The notes below the pieces were generated by a model, which searched no databases, was not told where the DNA came from, and saw only the letters and a program-made list of their open reading frames with translations. Made by a program: the position numbers and the translations under genes. A stretch of DNA of 13,456 nt from a virus. Lineage: Duplodnaviria > Heunggongvirae > Uroviricota > Caudoviricetes. Where the stretch lies: the IMG/VR virus record IMGVR_UViG_2548876862_000021, positions 1-13,456 of that record; one strand, 5' to 3'. Positions 6,676-13,456 of the stretch are shown piece after piece (the stretch's first letter is position 1; every line of letters starts with the position of its first letter).

Positions 6676-6975
6676 ATGACAGTAGTCATTACATATCTGG
6701 CTGACGATAACGCCAGAAATCGCCGCAGAGCACGCAGACAGGCTCAACGTGAGCAGGCAATGCAAGAGCAGCGACTGGCGCGAAAAATTGCGCTAAAGCT
6801 CTCTGGTTGCGTCAGAGCAGATAAAGCAGCATCACTCGGAAGCCTTCGCTGCAAGAAGGCAGAAGAAGTCGAGAGTAAACAGAATCGCATTTACTACCGC
6901 AAGCCACGCAGTGAAATGGGTGTGACTTGTGTTGGTCGCCAGAAAATGAAATTAAGCAGCAAACCACTTATTTGA
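6676..6975 (+). CDS. N: N-like transcription antiterminator
   Basis: 99 aa; N-terminal arginine-rich motif (NARNRRRARRQAQREQA); C-terminus RIYYRKPRSEMGVTCVGRQKMKLSSKPLI parallels lambda N (RTWYSKPGERGITCSGRQKIKGKSIPLI); GGAGG 6 nt upstream; directly downstream of nutL. Confidence 0.75.
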   Translation: MTVVITYLADDNARNRRRARRQAQREQAMQEQRLARKIALKLSGCVRADKAASLGSLRCKKAEEVESKQNRIYYRKPRSEMGVTCVGRQKMKLSSKPLI

Positions 6976-6983
6976 GGTGAGAT

Positions 6984-7070
6984 ATGGAAGAAGAATTTGA
7001 AGAGTTCGAAGAGCATCCGCAGGATGTGATGGAACAGTACCAGGACTATCCGTATGACTACGACTATTGA
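6984..7070 (+). CDS. Hypothetical 28-aa highly acidic, aromatic-rich peptide
   Basis: Hand-found: MEEEFEEFEEHPQDVMEQYQDYPYDYDY, preceded by GAGGTGAG. Very short, so coding status is uncertain. Confidence 0.3.
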   Translation: MEEEFEEFEEHPQDVMEQYQDYPYDYDY

Positions 7071-7254
7071 TAAAAATCAATGGTGTGGACAATTCAAGCG
7101 ATGCAATGGATGCAAGCTGCAATCGGAATGCATGGTTAAGCCTGAAGAAATGTTTCCTGTAATGGAAGATAGGAAATATGTCGATAAATGGGCAATACGA
7201 ACGACGGCAATGATTGCCAGAGAACTTGGTGAACTGAACAACAAGGCTGCCTGA
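7054..7254 (+). CDS. Hypothetical small Cys-containing protein (66 aa)
   Basis: Track ORF with C-x5-C-x2-C-x5-C spacing; weak ribosome-binding site; followed by a hairpin plus T-run. Confidence 0.35.
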   Translation: MTTTIDKNQWCGQFKRCNGCKLQSECMVKPEEMFPVMEDRKYVDKWAIRTTAMIARELGELNNKAA

Positions 7255-7290
7255 TGGTGGCCTTTATTTTCTTATTTGAGAGGAATTAAT

Positions 7291-7914
7291 ATGTCATCAA
7301 TCCGCTTAACTACGAGAATGAAAGAGGAAATCGCTCGTAACGCTTTAATTAAGTCTGGGGTTTTCACTGAGCTTGAAGAAGTAACAAAGTTAAAGAACCA
7401 GCTTGCACTTGACGCCAGAGTTATTGCGTTTGGCGGTAAAAAGAAAACTGAGGAAGTGGATCAGTTATCATCCAAGTTGGTAGCTATAAGTGAAGAACTT
7501 GAAAAGATGGGATGTTCATTTTACTCATACGATTTTCGTTCTACTTCAATTTATCTGACTGTATCTGGCAGAAGGGTTGGATGGCATTCATATGGGAAAG
7601 ACGGCAACGGCGAAGATATATTTCCCCCTACTCCAACCAAAGATAAATGCATGTTTGACGCAGAACACGAAATAACAAAAAGGTTTGATGAAATCTGCGC
7701 ATTGCAACAAAAACTTGAAGCCAAGAAAAAGGATATCGAATCAAATGTATGGGCTGCTTTGAACTCAGTCACAACAGTTAAGCGACTTATTGAGGTTTGG
7801 CCTGAAAGCAAAGAATTGCTACCAAAAGAAGCAGATAAAGCAAGTACAGCACTTCCTGCTTTACGGGTAGAAGATTTGAATAAGATGACTGGACTTCCTT
7901 CCGAGGCTGCATAG
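7291..7914 (+). CDS. Hypothetical protein (207 aa), first gene of low-GC cassette
   Basis: Track ORF 7276..7914; start set at ATG 7291 preceded by GAGAGGAA. GC about 38-40% in hand-counted 60-nt samples versus about 48-50% in flanking genes. No recognisable motif. Confidence 0.6.
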   Translation: MSSIRLTTRMKEEIARNALIKSGVFTELEEVTKLKNQLALDARVIAFGGKKKTEEVDQLSSKLVAISEELEKMGCSFYSYDFRSTSIYLTVSGRRVGWHSYGKDGNGEDIFPPTPTKDKCMFDAEHEITKRFDEICALQQKLEAKKKDIESNVWAALNSVTTVKRLIEVWPESKELLPKEADKASTALPALRVEDLNKMTGLPSEAA

Positions 7915-7977
7915 TCGGCCTTTATTTTTAGCATAAACAACAGAATAAACACTGCACTGAATTATTTGAGGTTAGAT

Positions 7978-8448
7978 ATGACAAAATCATGGAGCGTACC
8001 TTTTCCTGAATCAGAAACTGAACATGAGGGAATGCCTGTTTTCTGGAGATTCCAGGCGACAGTTGAAGAAGATGGAATCAAAATATTCGCACTTCAATAT
8101 ATAGCTTTTCATCAGACAGAGCATTATGCATGGTTGGTTCCTGCGCATTGGATTGTTAATTTTAAACCAGCACCAAATCAGTGGTTACAGGAATGGAAAC
8201 AAAAGAGAAATAGATATGCAATTAAGAAAGTAGCAAAAAATGCAGAAAGATCTTTTGCATTCCCAACGAAGAAACTTGCCATTGAGAGTTTATTGCGCCG
8301 GAAGAAATACCATTTAATGAGAATCAAACAAGATTTGGCTGTTGTATCAACTCTTGTTGATGGGATGAAGAATATTGATACATCAACACCAGATATTGAA
8401 TATAACTTTGGGCACAACCAAGAAACAGAAAATTGGGTATTTTATTAG
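7978..8448 (+). CDS. Hypothetical protein (156 aa), second gene of low-GC cassette
   Basis: Track ORF 7966..8448; start set at ATG 7978 preceded by GAGGT. Low GC; no recognisable motif. Confidence 0.6.
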   Translation: MTKSWSVPFPESETEHEGMPVFWRFQATVEEDGIKIFALQYIAFHQTEHYAWLVPAHWIVNFKPAPNQWLQEWKQKRNRYAIKKVAKNAERSFAFPTKKLAIESLLRRKKYHLMRIKQDLAVVSTLVDGMKNIDTSTPDIEYNFGHNQETENWVFY

Positions 8449-8552
8449 TACGAGTAAGCACTATGTATTCATTCCAACGAGTGAATACACGGAGCAATGT
8501 CGCTCGTAACTAAACAGGAGCCGACTTGTTCTGATTATTGGAAATCTTCTTT

Positions 8553-8578
8553 GCCCTCCAGTGTGAGGGCTTTTTTAT
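8553..8578 (+). terminator. Intrinsic terminator downstream of the low-GC cassette
   Basis: GCCCTC-CAGTGT-GAGGGC stem-loop immediately followed by TTTTTTAT. Confidence 0.6.
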
Positions 8579-8642
8579 ATGCATACCAATAACGCTTCAC
8601 TTGAGGCGTTTTCGTTATGCAATCAAATATAAGGAGTTACCC

Positions 8643-8777
8643 ATGATGCACTTTCAGCTCGCGGGTAGCGGCGTCATGTCCGCTTTCTACCCGCACGAAT
8701 CTGAATTATCACGCCGAGTTAAACAATTAATCAGAGCAGCAAAGAAACAACTGGAGGCGTTATGCGCAATGAGATAG
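8643..8777 (+). CDS. cIII: cIII-like small protein (44 aa; FtsH-inhibitor family)
   Basis: MMHFQLAGSGVMSAFYPHESELSRRVKQLIRAAKKQLEALCAMR resembles the lambda CIII core (AIAGWPVAGCPSESLLERITRKLR); AAGGAG upstream. The 79-aa track ORF 8538..8777 is an upstream TTG extension of it. Confidence 0.55.
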   Translation: MMHFQLAGSGVMSAFYPHESELSRRVKQLIRAAKKQLEALCAMR

Positions 8778-8914
8778 CCATCAATCACCAGATGCTTCGT
8801 GCTGCACAGAACAAAGCAGTAATAGCTAGATTTATTGGTGATTCCAAAATGTGGCTTGAAGCAAATAAAGCGATGAAATCAGCTATCAACCTTCCGTGGT
8901 ATCGCAGGAAATGA
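8762..8914 (+). CDS. Kil-like small protein (50 aa), overlapping the cIII-like 3' end
   Basis: Hand-found: MRNEIAINHQMLRAAQNKAVIARFIGDSKMWLEANKAMKSAINLPWYRRK. GGAGG upstream; overlap with cIII mirrors the lambda cIII/kil arrangement. Similarity to lambda Kil is from uncertain recall of an ATFIGDEKMF-type motif. Confidence 0.4.
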   Translation: MRNEIAINHQMLRAAQNKAVIARFIGDSKMWLEANKAMKSAINLPWYRRK

Positions 8915-8989
8915 GTTTTACAGATAACTGGTCAGACGAAGAATTCATTCGTCAGATGAAAGAATTAATCGGTAACGAAGGAGATATTC

Positions 8990-9160
8990 ATGTCACTTGC
9001 AACCACAGTGAAGGAGAGCAAGTTACAGAGACGCATGTACACGCAGAAAGCTCTCTGGTATCGCCATAATGGTGACCGCGAAGGAATGCGGGTATGCCTT
9101 AATTTGTCCCGAGTCGAAGTATTAAATCAGCGTTATTTCCTTGGGCCGTGTCCATTCTGA
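8990..9160 (+). CDS. Hypothetical small protein (56 aa)
   Basis: Hand-found: MSLATTVKESKLQRRMYTQKALWYRHNGDREGMRVCLNLSRVEVLNQRYFLGPCPF. AAGGAG upstream; ends 8 nt before the SSAP gene. Confidence 0.35.
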   Translation: MSLATTVKESKLQRRMYTQKALWYRHNGDREGMRVCLNLSRVEVLNQRYFLGPCPF

Positions 9161-9168
9161 GGTGAATT

Positions 9169-9876
9169 ATGGATTTGAATAAATTCGATGAGCCATTCAG
9201 CCCTGAAGATATCGAATGGCGAATACAGCAAAGCGGTAAAACACGCGATGGCAAAGTGTGGGCTATGGTGCTGGCTTATGTCACGAACCGGGCAATCATG
9301 AAACGCCTGGACGATGTTTGTGGCAAAGCAGGATGGCGCAATGAATACCGCGATATTCCCAACAACGGCGGCGTTGAATGCGGCATATCAATAAAGATTG
9401 ATTCCGAATGGGTAACCAAATGGGATGCTGCTGAAAACACGCAGGTAGAAGCCGTCAAAGGTGGTCGTTCAGGTGCAATGAAGCGCGCTGCCGTTCAGTG
9501 GGGAATCGGTCGGTATCTGTATAACCTTGAGGAAGGTTTCGCACAAACATCTCTCGACAAAAAGCAGGGATGGCACAGGGCAAAACTCAAGGATGGAACA
9601 GGATTTTACTGGCTCCCTCCATCGCTGCCAGGCTGGGCAATCCCAGCATCAGATAACAAACCATCACCAGAAAATACCAACCAGAAATCTCCATCGGTTG
9701 ACTGCGAGCAAATCCTGAAAGACTTCAGCGATTATGCGTCAACAGAAACTGACAAGAAAAAACTCATCGAGCGTTATCAGCGTGACTGGCAATTAATGGC
9801 TGGCAACGAGGAAGCGCAGGCTAAATGCGTTCAGGTAATGAACATCAGAGTTAACGAACTAAAACAGGCGGCATAA
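9169..9876 (+). CDS. Single-strand annealing protein, Rad52/Sak-like
   Basis: 235 aa; region KGGRSGAMKRAAVQWGIGRYLY fits the Rad52-family pattern; stop abuts the SSB start (TAAATG); GAGGTG upstream. Confidence 0.6.
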   Translation: MDLNKFDEPFSPEDIEWRIQQSGKTRDGKVWAMVLAYVTNRAIMKRLDDVCGKAGWRNEYRDIPNNGGVECGISIKIDSEWVTKWDAAENTQVEAVKGGRSGAMKRAAVQWGIGRYLYNLEEGFAQTSLDKKQGWHRAKLKDGTGFYWLPPSLPGWAIPASDNKPSPENTNQKSPSVDCEQILKDFSDYASTETDKKKLIERYQRDWQLMAGNEEAQAKCVQVMNIRVNELKQAA

Positions 9877-10383
9877 ATGGCAAGCAGAGGCGTAAATAAG
9901 GTGATTATCCTTGGTCGGGTAGGACAAGACCCGGAAGTTCGATACTCACCATCAGGAACAGCGTTCGCTAACCTGACAATAGCCACGTCAGAACAATGGC
10001 GAGATAAAAATACTGGCGAGCAAAAGGAATTGACTGAATGGCATCGTGTTGCTGTATCCGGGAAACTGGCTGAGGTCGTGGGGCAGTATGTGAAAAAAGG
10101 TGATCAGATTTATTTCGAGGGAATGCTGAGAACCAGAAAGTGGAAAGACCAGTCAGGACAAGACCGTTACACAACCGAGGTTCATGTCGGAATTAATGGC
10201 GTGATGCAAATGCTTGGCGGCATTGGCGACAGCAAACAACAAGCAGCCAGCAGGCAATCACAGAAGCCACAGCAGCAATCATCACCAGCACAACACAACG
10301 AACCACCTATGGATTTTGACGACGATATACCCTTTGCACCAGTAACTCTCCCCTTCCCTCGTCACGCTATTCACGCAATTTAA
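9877..10383 (+). CDS. ssb: Single-stranded DNA-binding protein (SSB) with a 15-aa extension beyond the canonical DDDIPF tip
   Basis: N-terminus [23 protein letters not shown]..., [14 protein letters not shown] and [11 protein letters not shown] all match E. coli SSB; the ORF continues [15 protein letters not shown] before the stop. Confidence 0.9.
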   Translation: MASRGVNKVIILGRVGQDPEVRYSPSGTAFANLTIATSEQWRDKNTGEQKELTEWHRVAVSGKLAEVVGQYVKKGDQIYFEGMLRTRKWKDQSGQDRYTTEVHVGINGVMQMLGGIGDSKQQAASRQSQKPQQQSSPAQHNEPPMDFDDDIPFAPVTLPFPRHAIHAI

Positions 10384-10396
10384 TCAGGAGAAAATC

Positions 10397-10690
10397 ATGC
10401 CAGCGCCTCTGTATTGTGCGGATGACGCGCGCCGCTGTTCCGGCAATTCCGTATCGGAGGTGCTGGATAAATTCAGAAAAAACTACGATCGAATAATGTC
10501 TCTACCGCAGGAAACGAAAGAGGAAAAGGAATTTCGCCACTGCGTATGGCTTGCAGAGAAAGAAGAACGCGAGCGAATTTACCAGACATCAATCCGACCA
10601 TTCCGCAAAGCCACATATACCCACTTCCCTGAAATTGACCCGCGCCTGCGTAATTACCGCTCACGCTATGGCGCTATCAGTAATGACTGA
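10397..10690 (+). CDS. Hypothetical protein (97 aa)
   Basis: Track ORF; AGGAG 6 nt upstream of the ATG. Confidence 0.55.
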   Translation: MPAPLYCADDARRCSGNSVSEVLDKFRKNYDRIMSLPQETKEEKEFRHCVWLAEKEERERIYQTSIRPFRKATYTHFPEIDPRLRNYRSRYGAISND

Positions 10691-10700
10691 GGAATTTACC

Positions 10701-10865
10701 ATGAGAGGACTTGCATACAATCCCGGCATTCTTCCGGCAGAAATGATTATTCGCCAACGCGTAAAGCCAATGCCATCGAGAGAGGAATTGCTTAAGAGAA
10801 ATAGTTTCGGTTCTGTTAATGACAACAAATATCTGAATGCGATGTTGCGGAGTGGGAAGAAATGA
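10701..10865 (+). CDS. Hypothetical small protein (54 aa)
   Basis: In-frame ATG inside track ORF 10551..10865, preceded by GAGGAA; stop overlaps the next start (ATGA). Confidence 0.4.
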   Translation: MRGLAYNPGILPAEMIIRQRVKPMPSREELLKRNSFGSVNDNKYLNAMLRSGKK

Positions 10866-11374
10866 AACAAATGTCACTAATTGAGATGGATGGTTTTCTG
10901 AAAGGTAAATGCATCCCAAGTGATTTAAAGGTTAACGAAACAACCGCTGAATATCTGGTGCGTAAGTTTGGTGAACTCGAATCAAAACTGGAAACGGCGT
11001 TGCGGGAGTGTCGTTCTGCTGGAATCACGATTGACAACCTTGAAGCCAAGTGCGATGCGCTGGCGGCGGAGAATGCGGCACTGAAGGCTGGCGCTATGGA
11101 CGAAATCAAGGTTATCAACCGTGGAGGTCAGGCATATTGCGTAAAAGATGGAGTGCAAGTTAATCCCATGTATGCAAGAGGGTGGAATGACTATCGCGCA
11201 AAGTCTATGCAATCAGACACCCCAGCCACCGATGCTTTCCTGGCTGAAGTTCGGGCGCAGGGCGTGGAGATGGCTATGGAGCATATGCAGTCGAGCGGTT
11301 CGTTAACATTTGGAGATTGCTACATATCACTTAACGAGTTCGCCGCCCAGCTTCGCAAAGGAGGCAACCAGTGA
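10862..11374 (+). CDS. Hypothetical protein (170 aa), predicted coiled-coil segment
   Basis: Track ORF; heptad-like segment [40 protein letters not shown]; translationally coupled on both sides. Confidence 0.6.
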   Translation: MKQMSLIEMDGFLKGKCIPSDLKVNETTAEYLVRKFGELESKLETALRECRSAGITIDNLEAKCDALAAENAALKAGAMDEIKVINRGGQAYCVKDGVQVNPMYARGWNDYRAKSMQSDTPATDAFLAEVRAQGVEMAMEHMQSSGSLTFGDCYISLNEFAAQLRKGGNQ

Positions 11375-11886
11375 GCGAAATTAATTACCAGGCACTGCGT
11401 GAGGCGGCGGAACGTGCAATTCCAGCAATGGAACGCCTGTTAATGTTGCCAGCTGATGATGATTTGTTAAGTGAACAGGAACTTAAAGATTACGGTGTGG
11501 ATATTGATGCGCTCAACGCCTTCAAATTTCTGACCGGACCAGAAACCGTGCTGGCGCTGCTGGATGAACGGGAAAGAAACCAGCAATACATCAAACGCCG
11601 CGACCAGGAGAACGAGGATATTGCGCTAACGGTAGGGAAACTGCGTGTTGAGCTTGAAGCAGCAAAATCAAAACTCAACGAGCAGCGTGAATATTACGAA
11701 GGCGTTATCTCTGATGGGAGCAAGCGTATTGCTGAACTGGAGGAGCGGGAAATACTGCTCCCGGAACGTAGCAGCATGCTTCATCGAACAGATTTTCACG
11801 ATGATTACCAAACGGTAATGGCATACAAAGTTTCTGAAGTCATCGCTGCAATCCGCGTCGCTGGCATTCGCATCAAAGGAGAGTGA
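11371..11886 (+). CDS. Hypothetical protein (171 aa), possibly Ead/Ea22-like
   Basis: Track ORF with GTG start overlapping the previous stop, AAAGGAGG 6 nt upstream; Ead/Ea22-like label is from memory of similar prophage proteins, unverified. Confidence 0.5.
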   Translation: MSEINYQALREAAERAIPAMERLLMLPADDDLLSEQELKDYGVDIDALNAFKFLTGPETVLALLDERERNQQYIKRRDQENEDIALTVGKLRVELEAAKSKLNEQREYYEGVISDGSKRIAELEEREILLPERSSMLHRTDFHDDYQTVMAYKVSEVIAAIRVAGIRIKGE

Positions 11887-11887
11887 T

Positions 11888-12151
11888 ATGGCAACTTTAA
11901 CAAAAAAAGAACGGGCATGGTTGAACGAATTACAGGACGTTCTTGATCGCTGCCCATCACCGAAAAAAATTGGTTTTTACACCATTGGCGATAAAAGCAT
12001 TTACCTGTATGACCTGCGCCGCATGGATGAAATCATGGAGGCTCTTGATAATCGTTCGTCGATGGATTGGTGTGTTGCTGTCCATGATATGAATGCCGGA
12101 TTTGATGAAAGGATTTTGTTCCCCTCATCAGTTGAAAGCACTGCGGGTTAA
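11888..12151 (+). CDS. Hypothetical protein (87 aa)
   Basis: Track ORF; AAAGGAG upstream; 1-nt gap after the previous stop. Confidence 0.55.
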   Translation: MATLTKKERAWLNELQDVLDRCPSPKKIGFYTIGDKSIYLYDLRRMDEIMEALDNRSSMDWCVAVHDMNAGFDERILFPSSVESTAG

Positions 12152-12161
12152 GGAGTAACAC

Positions 12162-12848
12162 ATGACCACTATTACCAAAGAACGTATTGAATTGTTCATT
12201 AAAAATCCGCTTGAAAACGGGCTTACCCGTGGTGAACAAATGGAACTGGCACGGATTGCGCTGGCATCGCTGGAAGCAGATCCAGTTGCTTATATTTTCA
12301 AACATCCGGCCGGGAAATTATTCTGGTCTTTAACGGATGAAAGCAATAAAGAGCAAGCGGACGTTATTCCTGTTTATGCTGCCGCGCCTGCGTCGGTTGT
12401 GCCGGATAATGCATCAGAGCCTCTTGCTTATGCTTACAAAGAGCTTACGCCTGAGATTATGCGCAACCATTTAGCTGTATTCGAGCGATATGGAATAGCC
12501 CCAAACGATAGCTCTACCACAATTCAGGCACTGCGAATCGCGCTGGATGGCATAGAGCGGAGAGACGCCATGCTTCATGGTGCCGAACCTGTAAGCCAAA
12601 CTTACAAGTTGAACCAGCTATCGGGCAACTATCCGGTAACTCCGGATGGTTGGATAAGATGTAGTGATCGAATGCCGGAAGACACCAAAATGTTACTGGC
12701 ATTTAGTCAAGGTGAAATCGTGGCCGCATATTGGAACTGGGTTGTAAATCCAATTGATTACAAAAAATATAGAGCTTTCACGTATTTATCAGGAAATATC
12801 TTGGATGACGTAACTCACTGGATGCCGCTACCAGAGCCTCCACTTTGA
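12162..12848 (+). CDS. Hypothetical protein (228 aa), C-terminal DUF551-like region
   Basis: Track ORF; TAAGGAG upstream; C-terminal ...VTHWMPLPEPPL resembles the DUF551 signature as I recall it. Confidence 0.55.
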   Translation: MTTITKERIELFIKNPLENGLTRGEQMELARIALASLEADPVAYIFKHPAGKLFWSLTDESNKEQADVIPVYAAAPASVVPDNASEPLAYAYKELTPEIMRNHLAVFERYGIAPNDSSTTIQALRIALDGIERRDAMLHGAEPVSQTYKLNQLSGNYPVTPDGWIRCSDRMPEDTKMLLAFSQGEIVAAYWNWVVNPIDYKKYRAFTYLSGNILDDVTHWMPLPEPPL

Positions 12849-12944
12849 AAGCGAAGCTTATACATATCTTTTACATCAGCAATCTATTGTTAATCTCCAA
12901 TCAATGTTACGTTGTCATCTCACTCATGCTTTGGAGGTAGTGAT

Positions 12945-13124
12945 ATGTCTTGTCCAAAATGCGGTTCTGGAAATATTGCAAAAGAAAAAACAATGCGTGG
13001 ATGGTCTGATGATTATGTGTGCTGCGATTGCGGATACAACGACTCTAAAGACGCATTTGGAGAGCGTGGTAAAAACGATTTTGTCAAAATTAATAAAGGA
13101 CGCGAAGGCAACGAAAAAAGCTAA
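12945..13124 (+). CDS. Small zinc-ribbon protein (59 aa)
   Basis: MSCPKCGSGN...CCDCGYN (CxxC...CxxC); GGAGG upstream of ATG 12945. The track ORF 12912..13124 uses an upstream TTG. Confidence 0.5.
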   Translation: MSCPKCGSGNIAKEKTMRGWSDDYVCCDCGYNDSKDAFGERGKNDFVKINKGREGNEKS

Positions 13125-13187
13125 TTTATTTATTCATATATGAAAACAATGTAACCAATATTCGAATTGAAGAACTGAAAGAACACC

Positions 13188-13212
13188 AAGCCGCCTGATG
13201 GCGGTTTTTTAT
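13188..13212 (+). terminator. Intrinsic terminator ending the leftward-operon accessory block
   Basis: CCGCC-TGAT-GGCGG stem-loop followed by TTTTTTATT. Confidence 0.6.
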
Positions 13213-13255
13213 TACCTGATTTGCAGGTTCGATTCCCTATTCGGAGATAGCACTC

Positions 13256-13456
13256 ATGCAACACGAACTACAGCCTGATTCCCTGGTTGATTTGAAATTC
13301 ATCATGGCCGATACTGGCTTCGGTAAAACCTTCATCTATGACCGGATTAAGTTCGGAGACCTGCCTAAAGCCAAAGTTATCCACGGGCGAGCAAGATGGT
13401 TATATCGTGACCATTGTGAATTCAAAAATAAGCTCTTAAGCCGCGCCAATGGGTAA
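13256..13456 (+). CDS. Excisionase / AlpA-family DNA-binding protein (probable Xis)
   Basis: 66 aa; ...MADTGFGKTFIYDRIKFGDLPKAKVIHGRARWLY... fits the AlpA/excisionase pattern; GGAGAT upstream; stop at the last base of the window. Confidence 0.5.
   Translation: MQHELQPDSLVDLKFIMADTGFGKTFIYDRIKFGDLPKAKVIHGRARWLYRDHCEFKNKLLSRANG

Larger units (their letters stand above)
1..13456. mobile_element. Lambdoid prophage early region (immunity, replication, nin and recombination modules), inverted relative to the lambda map
   Basis: Gene order and content: Rha/Ant, ninF/X/E/B, DnaB-like helicase, O-like initiator with iterons, cII, cro, operators, cI, N with nut sites, cIII/kil-like, SSAP, SSB, excisionase-like. 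Gene content seen in sequence; family assignments from established knowledge. Confidence 0.85.

Noticed and set aside
8538-8642. TTG-initiated 79-aa ORF 8538..8777
   Set aside because: It starts inside the intrinsic terminator at 8553-8578 and has no ribosome-binding site; the cIII-like gene starts at ATG 8643 with AAGGAG.
8911-9069. Alternative 52-aa ORF MSFTDNWSDEEF... overlapping the 8990..9160 ORF in another frame
   Set aside because: Possible (ATGA coupling to the Kil-like stop), but the 8990 ORF has the stronger Shine-Dalgarno sequence and ends cleanly before the next gene; both cannot be resolved without expression data, so only one is reported as a feature.
9276-10174. Short ORFs within or antisense to the SSAP and SSB genes (9276..9458 -, 9527..9718 +, 9968..10174 -)
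   Set aside because: Embedded in well-supported genes in other frames; no independent support.

Overview
The whole window reads as the early (immunity, replication, nin, recombination) region of a lambdoid, partly P22-like prophage from an enterobacterium, in inverted orientation relative to the conventional lambda map. A divergent cI/cro switch sits at 4.9-5.9 kb. The minus strand carries the PR operon: cro, nutR, cII, a 53-aa ORF, an O-like initiator with ori iterons inside the gene, a DnaB-type helicase, a tR2-like terminator, then ninB/ninE/ninX/ninF-like genes and a partial Rha/Ant antirepressor at the window edge. The plus strand carries cI with a co-transcribed small membrane protein, then the PL operon: OL/PL, nutL, N, a low-GC two-gene cassette of unknown function, cIII-like, Kil-like, a Rad52-like annealing protein, SSB, a tightly coupled block of six unknown genes, a terminator and an excisionase-like gene. 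No rRNA, tRNA or CRISPR array was seen. The best candidates for an undescribed function are the low-GC cassette (7291-8448), the membrane protein riding on cI (5940-6308) and the coupled block after SSB (10397-12848); none has a motif I can assign. All homology statements are from memory of protein families and reading the six-frame translations; no search was run.
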